Source: Saprospiraceae bacterium
Lineage (GTDB): Bacteria > Bacteroidota > Bacteroidia > Chitinophagales > Saprospiraceae
Length of the DNA: 64,000 nt
Assembly (NCBI GenBank): GCA_027486765.1
Contig: JAIXOO010000063.1
Span: forward strand, 12,890-76,889
Direction of reading: 5' to 3'
The notes under the pieces were generated by a model. That model saw nothing but the letters and a program-made list of their open reading frames with translations, did no database searches and was not told where the DNA came from. Positions within the stretch are counted from its first letter, which is position 1. Each line of letters opens with the position of its first letter. Positions 35,975 through 46,337 of this stretch are shown here, one piece after another. The position numbers and the translations under genes are program-made.

Positions 35975-38900
35975 CTAGCTTTTGCTCACCACAAAAGGGA
36001 GTGCCTTACTGAGCAGGCTGCCTGAATGATGAAGGTAGTACATTCCAGCGTACAAATCGGGCAAATTCCATCTTATTGTATTCCAACCAGAGATGGTTTC
36101 TGCCTGGAAAGTTTTGATTTTTCGGCCAAATTGATCAATAATGGTAAAGATGACCGAAGGCTGTCGTGTAAATAACTTGATGGTTAATTCTGCGTTTCCC
36201 CCATTTAGAGGGTTAGGGTAAATTTGCCAGTCGCTAGCATCGCAGTTTGTTTTTTCTTCAAGAATTTCGGAATAGGAAGATTTTCCATCTTTGTAGACGT
36301 ACTTCAACCTATAATAATTCACATTCCCAATTTCAGCATCAAGGAATTGAAAGGATTGTAATCCTGTTTTTCCATTGCCGTTGATTTTTGCAATTGAAGC
36401 GAAAGTAATTCCATCACTACTTTCCTCCAATTCAAAATGGTCAAAACTGCCATTAAGTGTCCATGTCCAATTCAACAGTACCCGGCATTCATCGATGTGA
36501 GAGTTGAAACCTTCTATGCTACCAGAGGAATTGGGAAGGTTTCCCGTTTTTTTCATCAAAACAATAGAGGTATAAGGCTTCAAAACCACTTTGTCGGTAT
36601 AGGTGGTATTTTTTACATCCACGTAACTAGTTGCCAAGAGGATTGTTTTATCAGATGAGGTTGGATTGTATTCGAATCTTATGATTTCATCCTCTTTCAT
36701 TTTAATGGCAGAAGCTTCATACAAACCTACATTATCCAGCCAATAGGAAAAATTCTCATTGAATGCTTGAAAAATCAGGTGAGCTGCCGATACCGAGGTC
36801 GGAAATGAAAATAGTACTTCGTATTCCGTCCTGTTTGGATTGATGTAAATTTTTTTCGAGGTTGACAGTGGACTCCAGGGGGATGTACTATGTCTTAAAA
36901 ACACCTCAATCTGGGTTTCTCTTTCAGCCACCGCACTAAAACGAAGAATGTACTGTTTGGACCGATCTATTGCTCCACAATTTAATGCCACAACCCCCAG
37001 GCTTTTCCCCGAAATTTTTACCGCTCTTTTGTCCAGCACACTGGTTGTTGACCAAGCTGTGGCACAATCGCCTTTAGGTGACCAACAAGACAAGCCCGAA
37101 TTGCTGTTTTCGAACCCAGGAATGCCGTATTTATTGCGGCTGTCATCGACTGAAACTAGATTGTATGGCCGGAATCGCATTGAACCTCCACCGTTATCCA
37201 GGTTTTTCCCATACGGAAGCAGGGGGCTTCTGGTATCGTACATTTTTTGGACATTGCCTACACCCGACTGGTTGTAGTCCGCCATGATGCTTAAGTTTTC
37301 GTCAAAGGGGCGGGCGTAATAATTCCCAGAAAAGCTACCCATCGCAGCAAAGTCATTTGCCTTTGACTTGAAATAAAAAGTGTATTGATCGGTCATTTTT
37401 GAGAAAAAAACATTGCTGGTAAAAACTGCATTCGTAATGGGGTTTCCTAAATCATCATGAACCGTCTTGATTTGTACTTTGTTGTTGAAAAGGGTATTGT
37501 TCTGAACTTTGATGTTTCTGGCATTGTGAACATAGATGCCATTGTTGACACAATTGGCAACGGTATTTCCTATCACATCAACGTTTGTAGCATTGTCATC
37601 CAAATAAATTCCTTCCGCAGCAGCATAATCGGTACGATTGGTCCCCTCAGGTGCGCCTAAACCATTTAGCACAATATTGCCAACAACACTACGATTCAGA
37701 AAAGTCGTATTTGCCTTTCCTGTCCAGGTGTAAATGCCACTTCCATCATCAATAACCAGGCAAAAAGTATCGATGTAGTTATTCTTGATGATATTATTGT
37801 CACCGGCAAATCTAATACCAACATATCCCGTTTTGATGATTTGATTGTATTCTGCTTTAAATCCTTTCGTGTAGCTGATGATTCCGTATGCTTGGTTTTC
37901 GGTAATCATGCCGGGAAAAATGCCCGAATTTCGGATTTTGTTTTTGGTTAACACCGCATCGGTAGCGTTGTATTTCAGGTTAACTGCGATGCTATTTGAA
38001 TTGATTATTTCCGAATTTTCCAAAGTAAAATTAGCACAATTGTATATACGTATGGCATCAATTCCTGAAAACAAAATCTGTGAATTTTTGATCTTCAGGT
38101 TTTTCAAATTCGCAGTATTGGAATAAACACCATATTGATTGGCCCCCTGAATGGAAAGGTTGGCGATCACAATGTCATTGGCTTTTGACTCAATTAAGGT
38201 ATTGGTCGTTGCGATCTGTACGACATAAGCAGCGGGAGATTTGGCACCAAAAAAGACATTGAGTTTTTTAGTAGTTGGATTGTAATACCACTCCCCAAAT
38301 TGATCCAGGGTTTTGATGTGATTCTGAATGAAATAACCATAGCCATCCTCCAAATTGTAATCGGTAGCCTTACTGTAGTTGATTCTGGCTTTAGACGTAG
38401 TGGTAATTGGTACTCTTTCGATGGTCCATCGGGAAGTTCGAACCACCAACTCTGCATTATTCCAGGTAGGGCTTTCGGGAAGTTGATTGTCAGTGAGGTA
38501 CAAGCTTCCGTGTCCTTCAAAGGTTAAAAAACCTTTATTTGTAGCATCTGCATTGGGGTACCTGCCCATGGCGTAACTGGTATTGTTGATGGCCACCATG
38601 TTTACTTTTCCAGGTGTGTTGATCACCGGGCTTTCATATATACCGCCACCAAGCGCGGTCCAGGTTGAAATATTGGAAAATCCACTGATCACGGGAAGTG
38701 CACCTTTTCCATAAGCAGCTATAACAATAGGTAAAGAAGCCGCACCGGACTTAACTATTTGAATACCCCCAGAAAAAACTTCGCCTCGTTTGAACAATAC
38801 GGAATCTCCTGGTTGGAGCTGGGTAAAAAAGGAATTTAACTTGGTTATGGTTTTCCAAGGAGTTTGAGCATTTCGTGCCTGTAACGGGCTTCTGCTGTCA

Positions 38901-38992
38901 TCTCCTGTTGAGGCAGAAAAATAGTAATTGGCTGCAAATGAGTTTAGTGCACTGCCAAGAATCAGCAGTGAGAATAGAGTGAATTGTTTCAT
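35975..38992 (-). CDS. T9SS-secreted right-handed parallel beta-helix protein with a CBM-like domain
   Basis: Signal peptide; PGDSVLFKRG; Asn-ladder repeats (GIYLDD...GNTV...GIYVHN); a jelly-roll-like segment; C-terminal IYPNP...GMYY type A sorting domain. Confidence 0.88.
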   Translation of the reverse strand: MKQFTLFSLLILGSALNSFAANYYFSASTGDDSRSPLQARNAQTPWKTITKLNSFFTQLQPGDSVLFKRGEVFSGGIQIVKSGAASLPIVIAAYGKGALPVISGFSNISTWTALGGGIYESPVINTPGKVNMVAINNTSYAMGRYPNADATNKGFLTFEGHGSLYLTDNQLPESPTWNNAELVVRTSRWTIERVPITTTSKARINYSKATDYNLEDGYGYFIQNHIKTLDQFGEWYYNPTTKKLNVFFGAKSPAAYVVQIATTNTLIESKANDIVIANLSIQGANQYGVYSNTANLKNLKIKNSQILFSGIDAIRIYNCANFTLENSEIINSNSIAVNLKYNATDAVLTKNKIRNSGIFPGMITENQAYGIISYTKGFKAEYNQIIKTGYVGIRFAGDNNIIKNNYIDTFCLVIDDGSGIYTWTGKANTTFLNRSVVGNIVLNGLGAPEGTNRTDYAAAEGIYLDDNATNVDVIGNTVANCVNNGIYVHNARNIKVQNNTLFNNKVQIKTVHDDLGNPITNAVFTSNVFFSKMTDQYTFYFKSKANDFAAMGSFSGNYYARPFDENLSIMADYNQSGVGNVQKMYDTRSPLLPYGKNLDNGGGSMRFRPYNLVSVDDSRNKYGIPGFENSNSGLSCWSPKGDCATAWSTTSVLDKRAVKISGKSLGVVALNCGAIDRSKQYILRFSAVAERETQIEVFLRHSTSPWSPLSTSKKIYINPNRTEYEVLFSFPTSVSAAHLIFQAFNENFSYWLDNVGLYEASAIKMKEDEIIRFEYNPTSSDKTILLATSYVDVKNTTYTDKVVLKPYTSIVLMKKTGNLPNSSGSIEGFNSHIDECRVLLNWTWTLNGSFDHFELEESSDGITFASIAKINGNGKTGLQSFQFLDAEIGNVNYYRLKYVYKDGKSSYSEILEEKTNCDASDWQIYPNPLNGGNAELTIKLFTRQPSVIFTIIDQFGRKIKTFQAETISGWNTIRWNLPDLYAGMYYLHHSGSLLSKALPFVVSKS

Positions 38993-39057
38993 AATCGGTT
39001 TTTTTATATAAGTTACTCGTAAATAGGAACGAAAAGTAACTCCTTCTATTTTCCGAC

Positions 39058-40338
39058 TTATGCTAATAATTTATTTTCTACGAGTAATTTACTGCTTTTA
39101 TACATCAATTTAAATGATATTTTTGATTTTTCCACAATATCTAAAAGAGAGTTGTTCCCATCTGCATAATTCAGCATCCAAAGCATTGCCATTTGTAGGT
39201 CTTTTTGGTCACTGTCACCTCCAATTGCTTCGTACAAGCCCCTTTTTCCCAATTGAGGTTCACATTTTGGATAAAGATTTTGATAATATACGTTCTGTTC
39301 TAAAATCTCAACGATCTCTAAATAAATGTCAAACGAGGCTTGAAGAAAAGCGGGCTGAATCAGCTGAAGGTTGTCGCCAGAGGTATGATATTCAGGGTAA
39401 CTACCAAAAGGTGAACGAGTTAGATTTCCAACAGGCAGATTAAATCCCGGCGAACAAAATTGACGCTCATCATATCCATAAGGGAAAAAATCAATGATTT
39501 CGCAAGGATATCCCGAATTTCTCAATACGTATGCGACCACTTGGTCGATTTCGGAATCGCCTCGTCGGCTTTTTTTAAAAGTGAACCCACCAGCATCCCC
39601 CACCAGAGAAACAACCAGGCCGTGTTTGATGTTTTTTGCTTTGTGTTCATTCAGCGCCAGCCAGGTAATGGAACCGATGGTTCCGGGAATGAATAAAAAT
39701 CGATAGGAATACCTGTTTTTTTGTTCTTGGAGGAACCTGGCCAGAAAGGTCAGTAAACTTATCCCGGAAAGGTTATCATTGGCCAAAGAAGGGTGACAAA
39801 TGTGTGCCGAAAAAAGTACCTCCTCCTCCGAATCACCAGGAATATAAAGCTCACCGTAGGTCAAACTGCCTTCTTCCAACGTTGAATCAATGTAAACCTC
39901 ATAATCCCCATCCGGTAATTCCAGGTATCGGTTGTGGGCCAGGCAAAAACCCCAGTTTTCCTGATAATAGGAAGTCCGGTAAGGAATCAGATCAGGTTTG
40001 TCGGGCAGTGTAAAGAGGTGCTTCTTCAACTCCTCTAATCCCAACACTTTGTGTACAGATGTGCTGTATTGCAGGATATGGAGATTGTGTTCCTTAAAAT
40101 CAATTACTTTTTTCCCGTCAGGACCTACAACCCATGCATCTCGAATGTTCCATTCTTTAGGAACGGTCCAATCGAAAACAGGCGTATTGCTAGGCACTTC
40201 ATGTATTTCTATTGGTATGTATTCCTGCAAGATACGCAGCGATTGCCGTACACCATTCCCGGTGATGCTTCTACAAATGGGAAATAGTCTTTCGGCCAAG
40301 GCATACATACTTGTGCCTATCGAAGTTAAGTTTTCCAT
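39058..40338 (-). CDS. DUF4910-family aminopeptidase-like polysaccharide biosynthesis protein
   Basis: RSITGNGVR, WTVPKEW, HICHPSLANDNLSG, DERQFCSPG and C-terminal EPQLGKRGLY HTH. Confidence 0.9.
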   Translation of the reverse strand: MENLTSIGTSMYALAERLFPICRSITGNGVRQSLRILQEYIPIEIHEVPSNTPVFDWTVPKEWNIRDAWVVGPDGKKVIDFKEHNLHILQYSTSVHKVLGLEELKKHLFTLPDKPDLIPYRTSYYQENWGFCLAHNRYLELPDGDYEVYIDSTLEEGSLTYGELYIPGDSEEEVLFSAHICHPSLANDNLSGISLLTFLARFLQEQKNRYSYRFLFIPGTIGSITWLALNEHKAKNIKHGLVVSLVGDAGGFTFKKSRRGDSEIDQVVAYVLRNSGYPCEIIDFFPYGYDERQFCSPGFNLPVGNLTRSPFGSYPEYHTSGDNLQLIQPAFLQASFDIYLEIVEILEQNVYYQNLYPKCEPQLGKRGLYEAIGGDSDQKDLQMAMLWMLNYADGNNSLLDIVEKSKISFKLMYKSSKLLVENKLLA

Positions 40339-40347
40339 AAATCTAAA

Positions 40348-41682
40348 TTAATGGTTCTTTTCCAACTGGTTCCATTTCCGGTAAACAGGTTGTACTGCTT
40401 CCCCTTCTAAATAATTTTCGACACCTTCATCGATTGCTTTGCGGTAAATCGCAAGCGCTTTATGAAATATACCAACCGTTTGATCAATGTCTTTCTCTTT
40501 GTGCGCATAACTCAATACCAAATTGGGTGCGATAACTCCTCCTTTGATCAATTCTTGCAACAATAAAGTTCGGAATGGTTGGGAGGGGCGGCGCTGTTCG
40601 TCGCGGGTAGAAAAAACCAAACAAACCGGAAAACCGTGTACCCCTACATAATCTTGCAGGCCATGCTCGGCAATGGATTGATTGAGACCCTGCCGAAGCC
40701 TTTCGCCTTGAACTTGCATGTGTCCAATCACGTCTTTTTCCTGGTACTCTTTAACCACTGCAATAAATGCGGCCAAGGCGTGATTTTCGGCACCATGGGT
40801 GGTGGATAGTAAAAAGACCCTTTCCTGATCGTGGTATAAACCGCCCAATTCCATGATTTCTCTTTTTCCCGCCAAAGCCGAAATAGCGAATCCATTGCCC
40901 ATGGCTTTGCCAAAAGTAGAGAGATCAGGGACGATATTGTAAAGGGTTTGTGCCCCACCAATGTGCCAGCGAAAACCCGTAATCATCTCATCCAGAATGA
41001 ATACAGTGCCATTGTCTTTGCACAATTGCTGCACTCCGTGGAGGAATTGTGGATCAAAGGGGTCGTTTTTTTCTACTTCCATGATCAAGCAGGCCAGTTG
41101 ACCTGGGTATTGATCAAATAAGGACTTTACACTTTCTAAGTTATTGAATTGAAAGCTTACGGTCAAGTCACGTACGGACTGGGGTATGCCCGCATTGACT
41201 GTTGTGGTGCCAATGAACCAGTCGTCAACCGAAAAGAAGGGATGATCTGCACAAATGGCCACCATATCCCGCCCGGTGTAAGCCCTTGAAAGTTTGAGTG
41301 CAGCGGTGGTAACATCTGATCCATTTTTAGCAAATTTGACCATATCGGCACCAGGCACTACTTTTAAAAATGCCTCGGCTGCTTCCAGTTCTATGGTAGC
41401 CGGACGGGCGAAATTGATGCCCTTCCACATTTGTTGGCAAGCTGCAGTAATTACTGCGGGATATGCATGTCCCAGCGCTACTGCACGCAACCCCATCCCG
41501 TATTCGATGTACTCATTGCCATCAACGTCCCATACCCGACACCCCTCACCTTTGGTAAGATAAGGGGGATGAAATTCGGGAAACTGGTCGTCGCCTTTTG
41601 CATACGTATGACAGCCACCTGGAATGAGTTGATGAATTTTTTTCTTCAACTCAAGCGATTTTTCGAAGTTTTTGTGTTGCAT
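40348..41682 (-). CDS. Class III PLP aminotransferase (glutamate-1-semialdehyde aminomutase-like)
   Basis: GCRVWDVDGNEY, FAKNGSD, DEMITGFR and STFGKAMGNG. Its context is sugar biosynthesis rather than heme. Confidence 0.88.
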   Translation of the reverse strand: MQHKNFEKSLELKKKIHQLIPGGCHTYAKGDDQFPEFHPPYLTKGEGCRVWDVDGNEYIEYGMGLRAVALGHAYPAVITAACQQMWKGINFARPATIELEAAEAFLKVVPGADMVKFAKNGSDVTTAALKLSRAYTGRDMVAICADHPFFSVDDWFIGTTTVNAGIPQSVRDLTVSFQFNNLESVKSLFDQYPGQLACLIMEVEKNDPFDPQFLHGVQQLCKDNGTVFILDEMITGFRWHIGGAQTLYNIVPDLSTFGKAMGNGFAISALAGKREIMELGGLYHDQERVFLLSTTHGAENHALAAFIAVVKEYQEKDVIGHMQVQGERLRQGLNQSIAEHGLQDYVGVHGFPVCLVFSTRDEQRRPSQPFRTLLLQELIKGGVIAPNLVLSYAHKEKDIDQTVGIFHKALAIYRKAIDEGVENYLEGEAVQPVYRKWNQLEKNH

Positions 41683-41781
41683 TTGTGTGGTGAGTTTTAT
41701 TTTTTACCCTTTCAGATTAGCCTAACATCTTCATCACCCAATGTAAAAGCTCAAGATTGACGCCATAAAATAAGCCCCATT

Positions 41782-43050
41782 TTAATCCAGAACCTGTACC
41801 TCTGGAATAGGAATAACAAATTTTCCTCCCCACTCCTGTACATGTGCCATTTGTTGACTGATTTCTTTCTTAAGGTTCCAGGGAAGGATCAAGACATAAT
41901 CAGGACGGGTTTCCGTGATTTTATCTGGGGAGTAGATTGGAATGTGGGTACCCGGGAGAAAATTCCCCTGTTTGTGGGGGCTTCGGTCAACGGTATAATC
42001 CATAAAATCGGTGCGGATACCGCAGTAATTCAGGAGGGTATTTCCTTTACCCGGTGCGCCGTAGCCAACGACCGTTTTGCCTGCTCGTTTTGCCTCGATC
42101 AAGAAACTGAGGAGTTTACGTTTGGTCTCTTTGACTTTTTCTTCAAAAGTGGCGTAGTACTCCAGGGTTTCCATACCAAGCTGTTGTTCCCTTTGAATAA
42201 GTTCACGCACATTATCGGTGATTGGTTTGGATTCATCGGCAGTATGGCGGCCATAAATGCGCAAGGAGCCCCCATGAGTAGACAATTCCTGAACATCAAA
42301 TAAGGTAATGCCATGATGCGCAAAAACCCGATTGACTGCTACAAAGGAAAAATAGGAGAAATGTTCGTGGTAAATGGTATCGAATTGGTTTTCTTCGATC
42401 AACCTTTGTAAATGAGGAAACTCCATCGTGATTACCCCTCCATCTGCCAACATTTCCTTCATCCCCTGTACAAAGTCATTTAGGTCGGGTACATGAGCTA
42501 ACACGTTGTTTCCCAGCAATAAATCGGCTTTGCCATATTGTCCGGCCAAGTGTTGAGCTGTTTGGGTACCAAAAAACATTCCTTCGGTACGAATGCCTTT
42601 CTCGCGTGCCGCAGCAGCGACATTCCCGGAAGGCTCAACCCCCAAAACAGGGATACCTTTTTGAACAAACCATTGCAAAAGGTATCCATCGTTGCTGGCA
42701 ATTTCCACAACCAATTTATCCGAATTGAGACCGAACCGATCGATCATCAACTCTGTATACAAGCGGGCATGCTCCAGCCAGGAGTCGGAGTAAGAAGAAA
42801 AGTAGCCATATTCCTCGGAAAAAATTTCATCCGGGGTGGCAAACTCTTCCAATTGTACCAACCAGCACTCCTGACAAACATAGGCATGGAGTGGATAAAA
42901 TTTTTCCGCCTCATTGGCTTGTTCTGGTTTAACGTGCTTTTGGCATAAAGGCGACATGCCTAAATCGACTACGCCGACTTCGAGATCACTTGCACAAAAG
43001 CGACATTTGCTGCTACCCGATGAGTTGTTTTTATTGGTTTGTGTTTGCAT
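41782..43050 (-). CDS. NDP-sugar C-methyltransferase
   Basis: Zn site CRFC...CQEC, EIASNDG, HEHFSYF and GYGAPGKGNT. Confidence 0.9.
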   Translation of the reverse strand: MQTQTNKNNSSGSSKCRFCASDLEVGVVDLGMSPLCQKHVKPEQANEAEKFYPLHAYVCQECWLVQLEEFATPDEIFSEEYGYFSSYSDSWLEHARLYTELMIDRFGLNSDKLVVEIASNDGYLLQWFVQKGIPVLGVEPSGNVAAAAREKGIRTEGMFFGTQTAQHLAGQYGKADLLLGNNVLAHVPDLNDFVQGMKEMLADGGVITMEFPHLQRLIEENQFDTIYHEHFSYFSFVAVNRVFAHHGITLFDVQELSTHGGSLRIYGRHTADESKPITDNVRELIQREQQLGMETLEYYATFEEKVKETKRKLLSFLIEAKRAGKTVVGYGAPGKGNTLLNYCGIRTDFMDYTVDRSPHKQGNFLPGTHIPIYSPDKITETRPDYVLILPWNLKKEISQQMAHVQEWGGKFVIPIPEVQVLD

Positions 43051-43082
43051 AATAGTTGAAATGATGAATTCCAATCAAAAGA

Positions 43083-43634
43083 TCACAATACCATCCCTGC
43101 AAAAGCATCTGAGAGCAAGGGAAGGTTTTTGTCTTTTTCAGAAATTGTGGTTAACGTTAAAGGCCAAGCTATGTTGATTTTAGGATCGTCGTATCGAACG
43201 CCTCCATCTGAATCCGGTGTATAGAAGGCCGTGTGGTGGTAAATGAGTTCACTATGATCTTGTAAGGTCTGAAATCCATGCGCAAAACCCTCCGGCACAT
43301 AAATCATCCGCAAATTCTGTTCGGACAATTCGACACCAACATGTTGTAAAAAAGTTGGTGACTGATGCCGCAAGTCAACGATTACATCAAAAACGCTGCC
43401 TTTGATGCAACGGATTAACTTGATCTCAGCATGCGGCGGCCGTTGATAGTGTAAGCCGCGCAAAGTGCCTTTTTGGTTCGAATGAGAGTGATTGAACTGG
43501 ACAAATTCCTTGTGATGACCTATGGCTGCGAATTCCCGCTGACAAAAAGTACGCGCAAACAAGCCTCGTTCGTCACTGAACGGCTCCAGATCTATGATGT
43601 AGGCACCTTCCAAGGCTGTTTTATGAAAAATCAT
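43083..43634 (-). CDS. rfbC: dTDP-4-dehydrorhamnose 3,5-epimerase family
   Basis: DERGLFAR, TLRGLHYQ and PEGFAHGFQT. Confidence 0.92.
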   Translation of the reverse strand: MIFHKTALEGAYIIDLEPFSDERGLFARTFCQREFAAIGHHKEFVQFNHSHSNQKGTLRGLHYQRPPHAEIKLIRCIKGSVFDVIVDLRHQSPTFLQHVGVELSEQNLRMIYVPEGFAHGFQTLQDHSELIYHHTAFYTPDSDGGVRYDDPKINIAWPLTLTTISEKDKNLPLLSDAFAGMVL

Positions 43635-44676
43635 ACACCAGCTTTAGTTGACTATCCATAGTTTGCCGAGCCAATAAATCCTTAATGACGTTTAAGCGAA
43701 TCAGTTCCGACTGATGGTAATTGGCGTCTTGAAAATGAATAGATTCCAGCCCCTGAATCAATCCCTTCACAGTATCCTGAAGCCTATATTGAGGCTGATG
43801 CTGTGGTGCCAAGGATTCAAAAAGATCGAAACTCACCCGATAGGAACGTTTATCTGGTTGTGCGTCTGGGTTGATGGACACGGCAATCCCCGGCAGGATT
43901 TTCTGAATCTCTAAAGCCAAATCTTTGACTTGATAATTCCATTGATTGCTTCCGGTATTGACGGTAATGAAGGTTCCTCCATTGCGATTCTCCCGTTCTG
44001 CCGCCCAACGGATTGCGCGAGCCATATCTAAAACATTAATCAGTGGCCTCCAGGGCGACCCGTCGCTGAGGATAGTAATCTTGCCTGAGGTTATAGCCCC
44101 TGCTACAAAATCATTGAGTACCAAGTCCAGGCGCAAGCGGTCGCTCATTCCGCAGGCAGTGGCAAAACGCAAACAGGTAATTTGAAACCCCTCCGCAGCC
44201 AGTCCTTCCAGTCCTTCTTCAGACAGTACTTTAGACTTGGCATAAGCGGTGAGGGGATCCAGTGTAGAGGATTCAACGCGGGGTGCATCTTCAGCACTCC
44301 CGTATACACTACAGCTGGAAGCAAAAATGAATTTTTTCACCCCTTGCCTTTTGGCCATTTTGGCGATTTCAATATTGGCTTTGTAGTTGATCTCCAGGGT
44401 TGGCTCTTCGAAGCGGTTGCCGATCGGGTCATTGGAAATAGCGGCCAAACTAACCACTACATCGACTCCTTCCAGCAAGTGCTCCGGGAATTGCCGTACA
44501 TCGCCGAAGTACTGCGCATTGAGCAGCGAATCAGGGCTAATCGTGTTGCTGGTTATGTATTTGGCAAAATATCCAATATCATAACCAATCAGGAAAGCAT
44601 CGGGATGAAATTTTCGAAATTCTTTGGCAATCCCTGGGCCAACATAGCCGAGGTTGCCGGTGATGAGTATTTTCAT
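43621..44676 (-). CDS. NAD-dependent NDP-sugar epimerase/dehydratase
   Basis: ITGNLGYVG, ASSCSVYG, YAKSK and LRFATACG. Confidence 0.9.
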   Translation of the reverse strand: MKILITGNLGYVGPGIAKEFRKFHPDAFLIGYDIGYFAKYITSNTISPDSLLNAQYFGDVRQFPEHLLEGVDVVVSLAAISNDPIGNRFEEPTLEINYKANIEIAKMAKRQGVKKFIFASSCSVYGSAEDAPRVESSTLDPLTAYAKSKVLSEEGLEGLAAEGFQITCLRFATACGMSDRLRLDLVLNDFVAGAITSGKITILSDGSPWRPLINVLDMARAIRWAAERENRNGGTFITVNTGSNQWNYQVKDLALEIQKILPGIAVSINPDAQPDKRSYRVSFDLFESLAPQHQPQYRLQDTVKGLIQGLESIHFQDANYHQSELIRLNVIKDLLARQTMDSQLKLVYDFS

Positions 44677-44715
44677 GGTGAAATGAAATGAATTGAGTGT
44701 ATGATAAGGTTCAAT

Positions 44716-45462
44716 CTAGATTGGTTGCATCTTTTTTTTGTAAAGCAAATACAATGAAATACTTGCAATCAGAAAAAGAAATGCACAATTGGTTTCTTTA
44801 AATTCAGCCATTGGATGAACTGCAAATAGTTCCTTTGCTTTAAATAGCGTGTAAATAAGTTGATTCAATACAAAGAATGCGCCAACCCAAAGGGGAACAA
44901 GTGGAAAATAGATTTTGCTGGTGAATTTATTTACCTTCTGAGATAGCGCATTGATAGTAGGAATGAACAAACAGAAGCCAAGCCAAAATAATATTAGAAT
45001 GCCTTCTGGCGACAACCAATGGCTAAGTCCTAATTGTACTTCACCAGTGGTACTTCTATCCTTTGCATAAAGGATCTTTAAATTGTGTAAATTAGTTTCT
45101 CCTTGCAGGTTATGATCCGCAAGCCATTCTGTTGTGGCAATGCCAATGATGCGTTGTCCCCAACTGATTTCTTCACCCGCACAAAAAAAGAAAAGTAATC
45201 CCAAAGCCAGATAAAAATAATTCCTTCTGCCTTCAAGAAGGTAAATTTTCTTGGGAGACCTGGATTTAACAAAGAGCAAAATGCAGACACAACTTGCTGA
45301 AAAATAAAACAAAGCCGATAAATTTTCAACAATCCCGTCTTCTACAGTGAGGTTCTCTATTTGTACTGGTGTTTGAATAAACAATAGCGAATAAGGAAAA
45401 ATCAATAAAAAAAATACAACCATAGGGAGGAGGTAAGTTCGGGTAAAAGTACTTGTTTCCAT
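44716..45462 (-). CDS. Multi-pass membrane protein of unknown function
   Basis: About six TM helices; GEEISWGQR...QGETNLHN loop. Probable ATG at 45462, because the longer ORF overlaps rfbF. Confidence 0.75.
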   Translation of the reverse strand: METSTFTRTYLLPMVVFFLLIFPYSLLFIQTPVQIENLTVEDGIVENLSALFYFSASCVCILLFVKSRSPKKIYLLEGRRNYFYLALGLLFFFCAGEEISWGQRIIGIATTEWLADHNLQGETNLHNLKILYAKDRSTTGEVQLGLSHWLSPEGILILFWLGFCLFIPTINALSQKVNKFTSKIYFPLVPLWVGAFFVLNQLIYTLFKAKELFAVHPMAEFKETNCAFLFLIASISLYLLYKKKMQPI

Positions 45463-45563
45463 TGTGCTAGCTGTTTGATGATTGATGTAATGAAAAGTAC
45501 ACATATGGAAATAGGAGTAGTCGACAAATTTGGGGTAAATCAACAGAAATATGGGTGTCGTGA

Positions 45564-46337
45564 TTATTTCCAAACCTTCCAGGGAGCTTTGCCCGAATCC
45601 CACATTTGTTGGAGGTCATTTTTGTCACGAATGGTATCCATAGGCAGCCAAAAGCCCTCGTGGCGGTAAGCCATCAATTGGCCATCCTCAGCCAGTTTAT
45701 TCAAAGGCTCTTGTTCCCAAACGGTAGGATCGCCCTCAATCCTTTGCAGGACTTTTGGTGACAGTACAAAATAACCACCATTGATCATGGCACCATCGCC
45801 TTTGGGTTTCTCTTTAAAACTATTGACCTGGTCTTCTGAAAGATCCAAGGCGCCAAAACGGCCAGGAATGTAGGTTGCGGTAAGAGTGGCTTCTTTCCCG
45901 TGTTTTAAATGAAAATCAATCAAAGCATTGATATCAACACTGCCTACCCCATCTCCGTAGGTAAAACAAAATGCTTCTTCGTCTTTTACATAAGCTTCGA
46001 CCCGCTTGAGTCGTCCGCCAGTCATGGTATCTTCACCTGTATCAACCAGTGTTATTTTCCAGGGTTCTGCTCTCTTTTCATGAACTTCCATCGTATTGGT
46101 CGCCATATCAAAAGTTATGTCCGACTGATGCAGGAAGTAATTGGCGAAATACTCTTTAATGACATATCCTTTGTACCCGCAGCAGATGATGAATTCATTT
46201 ATTCCGTAGTGGGAATATGTTTTCATGATGTGCCATAAAATGGGTTTCCCACCAATTTCAACCATGGGCTTTGGTTTAAGGACTGTTTCTTCTGATAAGC
46301 GGGTACCAAGGCCGCCAGCTAGAATAATTGCTTTCAT
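45564..46337 (-). CDS. rfbF: Glucose-1-phosphate cytidylyltransferase
   Basis: ILAGGLGTRLSEET, TMTGGRLKR, TYGDG and FWLPMDT. Confidence 0.95.
   Translation of the reverse strand: MKAIILAGGLGTRLSEETVLKPKPMVEIGGKPILWHIMKTYSHYGINEFIICCGYKGYVIKEYFANYFLHQSDITFDMATNTMEVHEKRAEPWKITLVDTGEDTMTGGRLKRVEAYVKDEEAFCFTYGDGVGSVDINALIDFHLKHGKEATLTATYIPGRFGALDLSEDQVNSFKEKPKGDGAMINGGYFVLSPKVLQRIEGDPTVWEQEPLNKLAEDGQLMAYRHEGFWLPMDTIRDKNDLQQMWDSGKAPWKVWK

Noticed and set aside
40348-41682. hemL assignment
   Set aside because: The gene is embedded in a nucleotide-sugar cassette with no heme genes nearby, so only the family-level call is kept.
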